Below, in pieces: positions 19,147 through 27,609 of a stretch of 64,000 nucleotides of DNA. Each line of letters starts with the position of its first letter. Within the stretch, counting starts at the first letter, position 1. The DNA is taken from contig OZ251460.1 of NCBI GenBank assembly GCA_965242585.1, forward strand, positions 3,988,968 through 4,052,967, in the 5' to 3' direction. Under the pieces are notes generated by a model. It searched no databases. It was not told the origin of the DNA and saw only the letters and a list, made by a program, of their open reading frames with translations. The translations under genes were made by a program, and so were the position numbers. The stretch is from Limisphaerales bacterium. GTDB taxonomy: Bacteria > Verrucomicrobiota > Verrucomicrobiia > Limisphaerales > AAA164-E04.

Positions 19147-19794
19147 CTTTCCGTCAATGAAGTGGCGGCGGCGGTGCGGCGCCGTTCTTTTGATTTGCCC
19201 GGCGGCTCGGTCTAGACGGGAGGCGGCGAGATTTTGTTGCGAACTAAGGGGCAGGCTTATCGGGGCGCGGACTTTGAAGGCATTCTGCTTCGGAGTCGCC
19301 GCGATGGAACGCAGTTATGGCTTCGCGACGCGGCGCCAGTGGTGGACGGATTTGCGGAGACGGACACCGAGGGGCGGTTTGACGGCGAGCCTTCGGTTTT
19401 GATTCAGGTGTTTCGCGTGGGCAATCAAAACGCTTTGGAAATCTCCAAAGCCGTTCATCAGTTTGTGGAGGCAAAGAAAGCCCGCCTGCCCGAAGGCTTG
19501 TCGATTTCGGCGTGGCAGGACGACGCCTCCTATCTCCGCAGCCGGCAGCAGTTGCTGGTCAAAAACGGCTTGGTCGGCTTGTTGCTGGTGTTTCTCTCTC
19601 TGGCGCTGTTTTTGAGAATCAATCTGGCCGGTTGGGTGAGTTTTGGGTTGGCCGCTTCTTTCTTGGGAACGCTTTGGGTGATGCCGTGGGCGGATGTCTC
19701 TATCAACATGATTTCGCTGTTCGCGTTCATTTTGGTTTTGGGCATCGTGGTGGACGACGCCATCATTGTCAGCGAAAAGTGCCGCCAAAAATGA
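19147..19794 (+). pseudogene. internal fragment of an RND (AcrB-family) efflux transporter
   Basis: VNEVAAAVRRRSFDLPGGSV, then TAG, then TGGGEILLRTKGQ...LIQVFRVGNQNALEI...LVFLSLALFLR...MISLFAFILVLGIVVDDAIIVSE corresponds to roughly a 200-aa central piece of a ~1000-aa protein. There is an in-frame TAG at 19213-19215 and both ends are missing. Confidence 0.75.
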
Positions 19795-19808
19795 AAATTC
19801 TCAAGATC

Positions 19809-20210
19809 GGCGGCGTTGTCCGCAATCACTTGATGCGAGACTCCCTGCTGCGCCAACTCCCAAGCCGTCAAAGACGCGCCTTGGGAACGAGGCCGCGTTT
19901 CACTGCAAAAGACGTGGAACTGCTTTCCTTGCTCTTGCGCCGCATACATCGGAGCGGTGGCCGAACCATAATCGACAAAGGCCAGCCAGCCGGCGTTGCA
20001 ATGAGTCAGCAATCGGGAACCCGGCCGGATCAGCCCTGCGCCGTGCGCTCCCAAAGCACGGCACTCTTCCACGCTGGACTGAGCGAATTTCTGAGCGGCG
20101 GCAATGGCGGAGGCTTGTTCGTCTTCGATGGCGAATCGGTCGGCAATCCGCCGGCGAATCCACTTGACTGCATTGACCGGATCCACCGCGGTAGGACGGG
20201 CATTCGCCAG
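19809..20210 (-). pseudogene. mtnA: fragment of methylthioribose-1-phosphate isomerase (MtnA/eIF-2B family)
   Basis: RPTAVDPVNAV...LLTHCNAGWLAFVDYGSATAPMY...ETRPRSQGASLTAWELAQQGVSHQVIADNAA is the middle of MtnA. The N-terminal domain is unrecognisable and the C-terminal third is missing. ORF 19530..20378 reads on into the antisense of the RND fragment. Confidence 0.6.
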
Positions 20211-20606
20211 CCTGCCAAACGCAAACCCGGATGGCGGCGAGGCAGTCAACTCTCTCGAATTTATCGAGCAAACCCACCCGTTTTTCCAAACCACGAACAG
20301 CGAACCCGCGTGCGAACTTCGGAAGAAAACGTGGAAATTCAATTCCACCAGATCCCCAAGCGACTTTACGAAATGCATGGACGGATACGCTGGCTTTGCC
20401 GCCTCTCTAGGGTGTGTCGACCCTAAATTTCAAAATCAGAATTTCGAACCTGTGAATCCGAAAAAATCTGCCGCCACAATAATTCGCCCAAAACGACCTA
20501 ACTCATTGAATGACAACGAGTTATCGACATTTTCCGTCAAATCTATGGGGTCTCCAGACCTTTAAATAATGCTTGCGCAGGAAAATTCGGGTTGTGTTTC
20601 TGTGTT

Positions 20607-20618
20607 GGGGGGGGGGGG
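20607..20618. repeat. homopolymeric G(12) tract
   Basis: Counted directly: ...tgtgtt gggggggggggg aggcg.... It lies about 58 nt upstream of the ATG at 20677. Confidence 0.9.
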
Positions 20619-20894
20619 AGGCGAATCTGCTCTTCTGGAGGTGGACAGTTGATAACTAGATACGGACAGCATCGACATGAAGACTCCAACATCGATGAAA
20701 ATGAAGCCACTTCTCGGCGTTGTCGTGGTCTCTGTAGCTGGACTTTAGGCAAAAACCGCTCAAGGCGTTGTTTCCCTCGTTTCCCAACTCTTTTCCCCTG
20801 ACGCCAAAGGAGGGCGTTCGCGGCGGCCAAAAAAGTCTCCCGCCTTGGCGCCATCTTCTCGGCCGCCGGCATCGTTGGCATCGGCCGGCTCGCC

Positions 20895-21428
20895 TTGCCG
20901 TTTCTGATGCCAGCCAACGATGAGGAGAAGACGGACGATGCGCTCGAAGTGAGTTGTCTTTGGGTTTCGAATCATGGTTCGTCCGGTTTCACGGTGGAAT
21001 TTGATGTCACCGCTCCTTGGGATCCTATTCGTTTTTTCGATGAGTTTCAGTTGTGGCAGGATGGTGTTGAAGTCGACGATGGGGCTCCTCCCCGCGTTTC
21101 GCTTGACTCTGATTATTGCGATTGGTTGAGTATTCCGGGCTATGACGGCGGGACGCCTCTTCCTTATCCGGGCTACAATCAATACAACCCGGCTTTTCAG
21201 TTTAATATTGCGGGGCAATATTGGTACGAGGAGTGGAGTCCGGATGGTTTGACTCCTTGGGGGTATTGGTCGACGCGTGCGTCTGTGGATATTTCGCTTT
21301 ACGTTATTGTGAATAGCAACGGCGCGCTTTACTCGATGCTGGCTTGGGCGTACGATACCGACGGCGATGGTTATGAGGTTCCGGTCTATTATTCTGCCGG
21401 TGGAGGCTCGTTTGAAACTCTTCCGTAG
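20895..21428 (+). CDS. hypothetical W/Y/D-rich protein (start uncertain)
   Basis: 177-aa ORF with a non-ATG start in the track. The frame is open from 20802 and there encodes a hydrophobic stretch ([21 protein letters not shown]). No family recognised. Confidence 0.3.
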   Translation: MPFLMPANDEEKTDDALEVSCLWVSNHGSSGFTVEFDVTAPWDPIRFFDEFQLWQDGVEVDDGAPPRVSLDSDYCDWLSIPGYDGGTPLPYPGYNQYNPAFQFNIAGQYWYEEWSPDGLTPWGYWSTRASVDISLYVIVNSNGALYSMLAWAYDTDGDGYEVPVYYSAGGGSFETLP

Positions 21429-22221
21429 GCAAGCGTTTACGTTGGTGGAATTGCTGGTTGTCATTGCCATTCTTGGCATCTTGGCGGCCATTCTTTTGCC
21501 TGCTCTTTCTAGGGCTAAGTCGGCGGCTCACAAAGCGGTTTGTATTAATAACCAGCGGCAAATTGGGATTGCTCGGCAACTTTATGCCGATGATAACGGC
21601 GGCGTTCTGGTTCCGCTTATATTTTCAAAGGAACAGGTCTCTTTCGATTCTTTTTGGAATATTGCTCTTTGTTTTGGCTATTTGGGTGGTCAAACGAATT
21701 TGTTTGATTGTCCGGCGGAGAAACGCATTCCTCGCTTAGTTTCTCTGGGCAAGGTTCGTCCCGGTTGGTGGGGTTGGGGTTATCAACAAAATGTTATTGG
21801 TGTACATAATAACTTAGGGAATCGTTTTGGAACTGATGAAGATCCCCATTGGGGGATCTCTGGGTCTACTTATTTCGGTTCTCTCCGGGAGTCTGCTGTG
21901 GTTTTGCCTTCGCGCATGATGGCGCAAACTGATGGCTCTTCTTTTGGTGTTCGTAATTTGCGAACTGGTGAATCTGAATTGTACGTTGAGAATTTCGGGA
22001 TTCCTTTGCTTTTTCGGTTTCCGCCTTTGTTTCCTGAGTGGGCGTCTAGGGTAACCGTGGCCCGTCGTCATTCTGGGCAAGCGAATATTTTGTTTGCGGA
22101 TGGGCCTGTGGGTTCGGAGACGTTGCATCAAATGCTTTTTCCGTCTTTGGAAAACTGGACTCGATTCCATGACGATCATCAAAAGCATTGGCGGAATGGG
22201 GGACATGCCGATCCCTTCTAG
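21367..22221 (+). CDS. prepilin-type N-terminal methylation domain / DUF1559 (H-X9-DG) protein
   Basis: [24 protein letters not shown] is a type IV pilin-like leader. The C-terminal [12 protein letters not shown] is H-X9-DG. The real start is probably the TTG at 21412. Confidence 0.8.
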   Translation: MVMRFRSIILPVEARLKLFRRQAFTLVELLVVIAILGILAAILLPALSRAKSAAHKAVCINNQRQIGIARQLYADDNGGVLVPLIFSKEQVSFDSFWNIALCFGYLGGQTNLFDCPAEKRIPRLVSLGKVRPGWWGWGYQQNVIGVHNNLGNRFGTDEDPHWGISGSTYFGSLRESAVVLPSRMMAQTDGSSFGVRNLRTGESELYVENFGIPLLFRFPPLFPEWASRVTVARRHSGQANILFADGPVGSETLHQMLFPSLENWTRFHDDHQKHWRNGGHADPF

Positions 22222-22473
22222 TTGGCAACCTCCTACGCCTTGAGATGAGTTAGTGGAGTTTTGACCTCTTTGCAGTCTTTGTTTATCCACGACTTGCTGT
22301 CCATCTCGTTTGGGACGGGAAAGCGGTGTAAACTTGTCTTGACTTCTTTTGGACTGTGAAAAAGTGTTTCTAAGAGGTTGATGACGTTTCAAGGAATCAT
22401 CTAAAAGGGTGGATTCGGGGGCGAAATGAGTTGCGTCGCCGATGGTTTTGGTGAATAATGTTTGGTCTTCGGC

Positions 22474-22551
22474 CGGAGCGTAGCTCAGCTTGGCTAGAGC
22501 GCCAGCTTTGGGAGCTGGATGTCGCAGGTTCGAATCCTGTCGTTCCGACCA
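22474..22551 (+). tRNA. tRNA-Pro (anticodon UGG) with encoded CCA
   Basis: Hand-folded cloverleaf: acceptor CGGAGCG/CGTTCCG; D arm GCTC-AGCTTGGCTA-GAGC; anticodon arm CCAGC-TTTGGGA-GCTGG; T arm GCAGG-TTCGAAT-CCTGT; then ACCA. Confidence 0.85.
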
Positions 22552-22693
22552 TTTATTCTTGCTTCAAAGCGGTTGATCTCTTGGCAAAAACGGAAAGTCT
22601 GCGTATCGAAGTTTTCCAATTTTTGTTTTTTTGTTGTCTTGCGTGGCGAAGGGGAGGGGGGATATTTTCCCAGAATTCAGCGAGGCAAAAGAC

Positions 22694-23455
22694 TTACGCC
22701 AGTCCTCGTTGAGAGTTTTGAATGAATTGGAGGAGGTGGTGAATTTCTGGGGAGAGGGGCAGTTCTTTTTGAATTTGGGCGGCGGCGGAAGTGTTCAAGC
22801 CGCTGCGGAAGAGGATTTTATGGGCTTGGCGGAGGGTGTTTTGAGTTTCGGCGGCAAAGCCGTGCCGTTCCAGTCCGATTTTGTTGATCGAGCGGGTTCG
22901 GGCGGGATTCCCGTCCGTAATCATAAAAGGGGGAACATCTCGGACGACTTTTGCGCAACCGCCGGTCATCGAATGTTTCCCGATCCGGCAGAATTGATGA
23001 ATTCCGGCCAAGCCGCCAACCACGGCGAAGTCTTCCACGATGACGTGACCGGCCAAGGTGGCGGCGTTGGACAAGATGACGTGATTGCCCAAGGCAACAT
23101 TGTGGGCGACGTGGCAGTAGGCCAGAAGGAGATTGTCAGAACCGATGACGGTTGTTTCTCCGTCGCCGGTGGCACTGTTGATGGTCACGGATTCGCGGAT
23201 AATGTTGCGATTTCCGATGCAAGTGCGAGTGACGCCTCCTTTCCATTTGCGGTCTTGTGTGCGGAGGCCGATGCTGCTGAAGGGAAAGAATTGGTTGTCG
23301 TCGCCGATGACGGTGTGGCCATCCACAACGACGTGGGAAAGCAACTGGCAACGGTCGCCCAAAACCGCGTTTTCTCCGATGACGCAATAGGGGCCGATCT
23401 CGCAGTCTTTGCCGATGCGGGCGTTTTTGTGAATGATTGCGCTGGAATGAATCAC
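22694..23455 (-). CDS. lpxA: acyl-ACP--UDP-GlcNAc O-acyltransferase
   Basis: 253 aa with hexapeptide repeats (MIHSSAIIHKNARIGKDCEIGPYCVIGENAVLG...) and an LpxA C-terminal helical domain (INKIGLERHGF...LRQAHKILFRSGL). Confidence 0.9.
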   Translation of the reverse strand: MIHSSAIIHKNARIGKDCEIGPYCVIGENAVLGDRCQLLSHVVVDGHTVIGDDNQFFPFSSIGLRTQDRKWKGGVTRTCIGNRNIIRESVTINSATGDGETTVIGSDNLLLAYCHVAHNVALGNHVILSNAATLAGHVIVEDFAVVGGLAGIHQFCRIGKHSMTGGCAKVVRDVPPFMITDGNPARTRSINKIGLERHGFAAETQNTLRQAHKILFRSGLNTSAAAQIQKELPLSPEIHHLLQFIQNSQRGLA

Positions 23456-23474
23456 GGCGGCGGTTCAATCGTCC

Positions 23475-24836
23475 TCAAGCGTCTCTTAGCATGAAAGTGA
23501 CCACGCCTTCGCTGACCACGTCCTTTCCAACTTTGCAACAGCCTTTGGCTTTGCCGATTTTTCCCCGGCCTTTGATGAGCTTGATGTCGATGAGCAGAAC
23601 GTCGCCGGGTTTGACCGGTTTGCGCCATTTGACGTTTTCGGCGGAGATGAAGTAGGCGATTTGCCCCCAGTTTTCGGCTTTGTTCAGGGTCAAAATGCCG
23701 GCTGCTTGCGCCATTGCCTCCAGTTGCAGAACGCCGGGCATGATCGGATGTCCCGGAAAATGCCCCTGAAAATAAGGCTCGTTGATAGTGACATTTTTCA
23801 GGCAGAGGATGGTTGTTTTTGTGATTTGCAGCACTTTGTCGATCATGAGAAACGGGTAGCGATGCGGCAGGATTTTCATGATCTGTTCCATTTCAAGCCC
23901 GCTACCATCTCCCGCAGGAACTTCCAAAGCCGCCGCGTCCACTGAATCGGTTTTTGGAGATGAATTTTTGGAAGGTGGAGAGAAAGAGAGCGTCCGCGCC
24001 GCATTCTGTTTTTCAAGACGGCAAAGTTCTCTGGCCAGTTGGCAGTTGGCCTGATGACTGGGGCGAACGGCGATGACGTGTCCTTGAATTGGCCTTCCCA
24101 CCAAAGAAAGATCCCCGATGACGTCCAAAATCTTATGGCGGACGAATTCTTCCGGATAACGCAGCGGCTCGTTGGTCAAAACCACGTCGTCGCGAATAAT
24201 CACGGCGTTTTCCAAGCTGCCGCCTTTGATTAATCCATTCTTAATCAGAAACTCAATCTCTTCAAAAAAGCAAAAAGTGCGGGCGTGCGCAATTTCTCGT
24301 TCCCACGAATCGGGAGTGATTTCCAAGCTGTAAAACTGCGTGAACCGGCCTTTGTCGTCGGAACTGGTGCAACTGACCTTGAATCCGTCGTGGGGAAAGA
24401 TCGACAAAATGGACTTTTCCAAAGTAATCGAAAGAGGCGTTGTGACAATCAAAGGGTCTTTGTCCTCCGCTTGAAGCGTCGTCCCGGAATCTTGGATCAT
24501 TCGGCAGTATTCGCGGGCGCTCCCGTCGGCAATCGGCGGCTCGTTGGCGTCCAACTCCACAACGGCGTTGTCGATTCCCATGCCTTGAAAAGCGGCCAGC
24601 ACGTGTTCCACCGTGTGCAGCTTCACCTTTCCTTTGGAAAGCGTTGTGGAGCGGTTGGTGTCGCTGACGCTGTCCACCGAAGCGGGGATTTCCGGCTTCT
24701 TCTCTAAATCCACGCGGCGAAACCGAATGCCGCCGTTGGGCGGCGCCGGCAAGAAAGTCATGCGAACCTTGTGGCCGCTGTGCAACCCCACCCCGTCAAA
24801 AGAGGCGGGCTGGCGAATGGTTTGCTGTTGTGGCAT
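23475..24836 (-). CDS. lpxC-fabZ: bifunctional UDP-3-O-acyl-GlcNAc deacetylase / 3-hydroxyacyl-ACP dehydratase
   Basis: The N-terminus is LpxC-like (TIRQPASFDGVGLHSGHKVRMTF...TVEHVLAA). The C-terminus is FabZ-like (ILPHRYPFLMIDKV...EPYFQGHFPGHPIMPGVLQLEAMAQ). Confidence 0.9.
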   Translation of the reverse strand: MPQQQTIRQPASFDGVGLHSGHKVRMTFLPAPPNGGIRFRRVDLEKKPEIPASVDSVSDTNRSTTLSKGKVKLHTVEHVLAAFQGMGIDNAVVELDANEPPIADGSAREYCRMIQDSGTTLQAEDKDPLIVTTPLSITLEKSILSIFPHDGFKVSCTSSDDKGRFTQFYSLEITPDSWEREIAHARTFCFFEEIEFLIKNGLIKGGSLENAVIIRDDVVLTNEPLRYPEEFVRHKILDVIGDLSLVGRPIQGHVIAVRPSHQANCQLARELCRLEKQNAARTLSFSPPSKNSSPKTDSVDAAALEVPAGDGSGLEMEQIMKILPHRYPFLMIDKVLQITKTTILCLKNVTINEPYFQGHFPGHPIMPGVLQLEAMAQAAGILTLNKAENWGQIAYFISAENVKWRKPVKPGDVLLIDIKLIKGRGKIGKAKGCCKVGKDVVSEGVVTFMLRDA

Positions 24837-25014
24837 GAGCCAAAGATTAAACCAGCAACACGCTTGGAAATCAAGCAGACAAACCTTTCGCCAACAACAG
24901 ACTAGGAGCGAAAAACGACGGTTTTAAAATAAAAAACCGCTCAAGGTCAGCTCGTGTTCTTTCTCATCGGTGTGCGCCTGAGCAGACGCAAACATCTCAA
25001 ATTGACCGGTCATC

Positions 25015-25695
25015 TTAAACAGAAAATGATAACTGTTCCATTTCTTTGTCGGCTCTCCAAAAGTATTTTTCCGCATCTCCTCTTTCTTGCATTCTTTCTT
25101 CAATCCGAGATCTTTCCATCGGAGATATCGTTCCTCTCTTGATAACCACATTCAAATCCGACTCCAGAACCCTCAACAAATCCAAGTAATTCTTTCTTGA
25201 TACAAGCATGCTTTCAGACCTTACCAAGACCATGTCTACCGCGTTCTTGTCCAACAATTCATTGTTGCTGAGCTCTTTCTTCAAATACTCATGGTTCTTA
25301 TTCCACTGTAAATTTTCCATAGAGGCTTTCTTTGCAGAAATTTGTCTGAGACGTAATTTCCAACGTTCGAATTCAATCTCGTTAAAAGGAATTTGGACAC
25401 CATTTTCGGAAAGTATGGATTTTCGATTCTTTTCTACCGTCACAACTTCTCCGGAAAACGGTATTATCTGATATTCCTTGTTATCAGTTGTGCTTATTTT
25501 CGACCGCACGTCCCTCTGTTGATGGGCAAACTGATCGATATTCTCTAGCTTTTCGCAGAACATTAGCAACAGTATAGTTGCTGATACTACCAATCCTGCT
25601 GCGATTTTTATTGTCCCCTTTATCATCTTTGCCAGTCGTTTGATTATCCACTTTGCAAACCGCATTGAAATATCAATTCTTAATGCTTTTTTCAT
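25015..25695 (-). CDS. hypothetical N-terminally anchored membrane protein
   Basis: Internal Met of ORF 25015..25827: MKKALRIDISMRFAKWIIKRLAKMIKGTIKIAAGLVVSATILLLMF. The remainder is K/E-rich. AT-rich by eye. No family recognised. Confidence 0.4.
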   Translation of the reverse strand: MKKALRIDISMRFAKWIIKRLAKMIKGTIKIAAGLVVSATILLLMFCEKLENIDQFAHQQRDVRSKISTTDNKEYQIIPFSGEVVTVEKNRKSILSENGVQIPFNEIEFERWKLRLRQISAKKASMENLQWNKNHEYLKKELSNNELLDKNAVDMVLVRSESMLVSRKNYLDLLRVLESDLNVVIKRGTISPMERSRIEERMQERGDAEKYFWRADKEMEQLSFSV

Positions 25696-25735
25696 GGCGT
25701 TTATTTGTCTGAATTCTCCGTAAAAGGTCAAATTT

Positions 25736-26113
25736 TCAATCCGCTGAGGAAAGTTCATAAAGTTCCTTCGCTCTCGCTTGGCCTTTTTCTCTCTGCTCTG
25801 GTGTGAACAGTTTCTCACAATACGCAATCACCTTCACTCGCGCTCTGTCCTGATAACCATTGGCTTTCGCCACTAAAGCCCAAGCATAGGCCTCTATGTC
25901 GTCCTTGACCACGCCGATGCCTCTGGAATACATCACGGCAAGGTTGTATTGCGCTTTGGGATGCCCTTGATTAGCCGCGTTTAGATACCACTTGACCGCT
26001 TCCTTATCATTCTTCGGCACGTCTTCGCCTAGGGCATACATCCCGCCAAATTGGAATTGCGACTCGGCGTCTCCTTGCTCAGCCTTTTCTCGAATTTTGT
26101 CTAATTCACTCAT
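25736..26113 (-). CDS. Sel1-repeat (SLR/TPR-like) protein
   Basis: 125 aa. GDAESQFQFGGMYALGEDVPKNDKEAVKWYLNAANQGHPKAQYNLAVMYSRGIGVVKDDIEAYAW are canonical Sel1 repeats. Confidence 0.8.
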   Translation of the reverse strand: MSELDKIREKAEQGDAESQFQFGGMYALGEDVPKNDKEAVKWYLNAANQGHPKAQYNLAVMYSRGIGVVKDDIEAYAWALVAKANGYQDRARVKVIAYCEKLFTPEQREKGQARAKELYELSSAD

Positions 26114-26134
26114 AGAAATCTTTCCAAATGCTCG

Positions 26135-26884
26135 TTATTCCTGTGGTTTCAAACGGAAGAAATGAACAGGTTTAGACGTCTTTACAGGAAATCTGGCACG
26201 TTTCATTGAAGAAGTGTTTATCCAAATTGGATTGGCTATATCGGCGGACAACTGCAACGTGCCGTCCGTCCAAACAACTTCCACTTCTAAACCGTCCGAT
26301 CCTTGAATGGTTCGGATTGTCAGTTTTGGTTTGGGCTTGTTTTTTATGTCTTCGATTCTCGTCCATCGAATCCCTTCACTTCCGGGATAGAGTGTTGTCC
26401 CATGGATAGGAGAGATGGGAGACTCAATCCATAGAGCAGGGTTATACAGCGCACCGTTAGACGCATATGTGACGCTCTTCAATCCCGACCCCGTAATATC
26501 TGCTACAAACGTGGCTTTTTTGAACTCGATGACCAAATTGGTCAGATTAACGCAATTCCTCAAATTCACTTCGACTACATCTATGTTTCCAAAAACGAAT
26601 CCTCTCTTGGAAAGAGAATCATTCATTATTTCATCGAGCTTTTTTGGAAAAACGATGCCGGTCAATTCTTCATCGCCTGAAAAATCAAACCCTTCCAATT
26701 GCCAAGAAGTGAACGGCGATCCATTTGGAAGATGCCCTATTTCTTTTTCTACTTCGTATTCTACCGTTTCATCCGGGTACTCCAACAAGACAACATACTT
26801 TTCATCCCCCGTCGTTTCTATTTCTCCGCCGACAAAGCATGCGACGGCCAATAATAATCCAAATGTTTTCTTCATATTCTGCAT
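26135..26884 (-). CDS. secreted protein with an FFRL-type C-terminal module
   Basis: 249 aa. Signal peptide MKKTFGLLLAVACFVGG, an LRR-like NLRNCVNLTNLVIEF, and the C-terminus KLTIRTIQGSDGLEVEVVWTDGTLQLSADIANPIW...VHFFRLKPQE. Confidence 0.5.
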   Translation of the reverse strand: MQNMKKTFGLLLAVACFVGGEIETTGDEKYVVLLEYPDETVEYEVEKEIGHLPNGSPFTSWQLEGFDFSGDEELTGIVFPKKLDEIMNDSLSKRGFVFGNIDVVEVNLRNCVNLTNLVIEFKKATFVADITGSGLKSVTYASNGALYNPALWIESPISPIHGTTLYPGSEGIRWTRIEDIKNKPKPKLTIRTIQGSDGLEVEVVWTDGTLQLSADIANPIWINTSSMKRARFPVKTSKPVHFFRLKPQE

Positions 26885-26918
26885 TCTCTCTTTGATTTCT
26901 CTATTTCTGAGGTTTCAA

Positions 26919-27467
26919 TTATTTTAGTTGGCCAAGATTCACCGGGGTACGCGGCTCTTTCTCGTGGGTCCATGGACTTCCTGATTTTGCTGAATAACGA
27001 AGCAGTGGAACGATCCGACGGAATCCAGTGTCTTCATGCGTGATCAACACATATCGACGATTATAGAACACTTTGATCGTCAATGCTCTTTCAGGGAAGA
27101 ACGTCAACGTGTTTGTGTTCACCTGAACATAAAAGACAATGGAGTCGTCTTTGGACGATCCTAACTTGCCTTTCAAATAAAATCTGCCCCTGTAACGAGA
27201 TTCTTCAGGGTCTTCAAGTTCCCTATCTTCATTGAAGAAAGCAACGGGGCGACTGCTTATCGGAATATTTCTGACATCCCCCGCCACACCTCGTTGTTCC
27301 CAATGAAAAAACACAAATTCATGCTCTGGCTTTGTCTTGGTTTGGTCTTCAAACCAAACCACCGCAAGCAGATTCTCTGCATATTCTAACTCACCTTGCG
27401 CTGTTGTTTGCCAGAATCCGCCGGCAAAGCATGCGGCGGCCAAAAGCAATCCAAATATTCGTTTCAT
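26919..27467 (-). CDS. secreted hypothetical protein
   Basis: The internal Met gives the signal peptide MKRIFGLLLAAACFAGG, which is clearly homologous to that of the neighbouring 26135..26884 gene. No family recognised. Confidence 0.45.
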   Translation of the reverse strand: MKRIFGLLLAAACFAGGFWQTTAQGELEYAENLLAVVWFEDQTKTKPEHEFVFFHWEQRGVAGDVRNIPISSRPVAFFNEDRELEDPEESRYRGRFYLKGKLGSSKDDSIVFYVQVNTNTLTFFPERALTIKVFYNRRYVLITHEDTGFRRIVPLLRYSAKSGSPWTHEKEPRTPVNLGQLK

Positions 27468-27609
27468 TTTAACGGTTCCAATTTTTGATTTCATTCCATT
27501 CAGCGTTTTTTCAAAATTTATTAGCCGCTTGGTCAAACAAAGAGTTTTTTTAATGGGGATTCTTGGCGTTTGTCAACATTTTTTGAACTTTTTTCCAACG
27601 CGGCGGGTT

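Noticed and set aside
19530-20378. The 282-aa ORF as an intact mtnA gene.
   Set aside because: Only the central ~135 aa look like MtnA. The C-terminal 92 aa are the antisense of the RND fragment, and the N-terminal ~55 aa lack the conserved MtnA N-domain.
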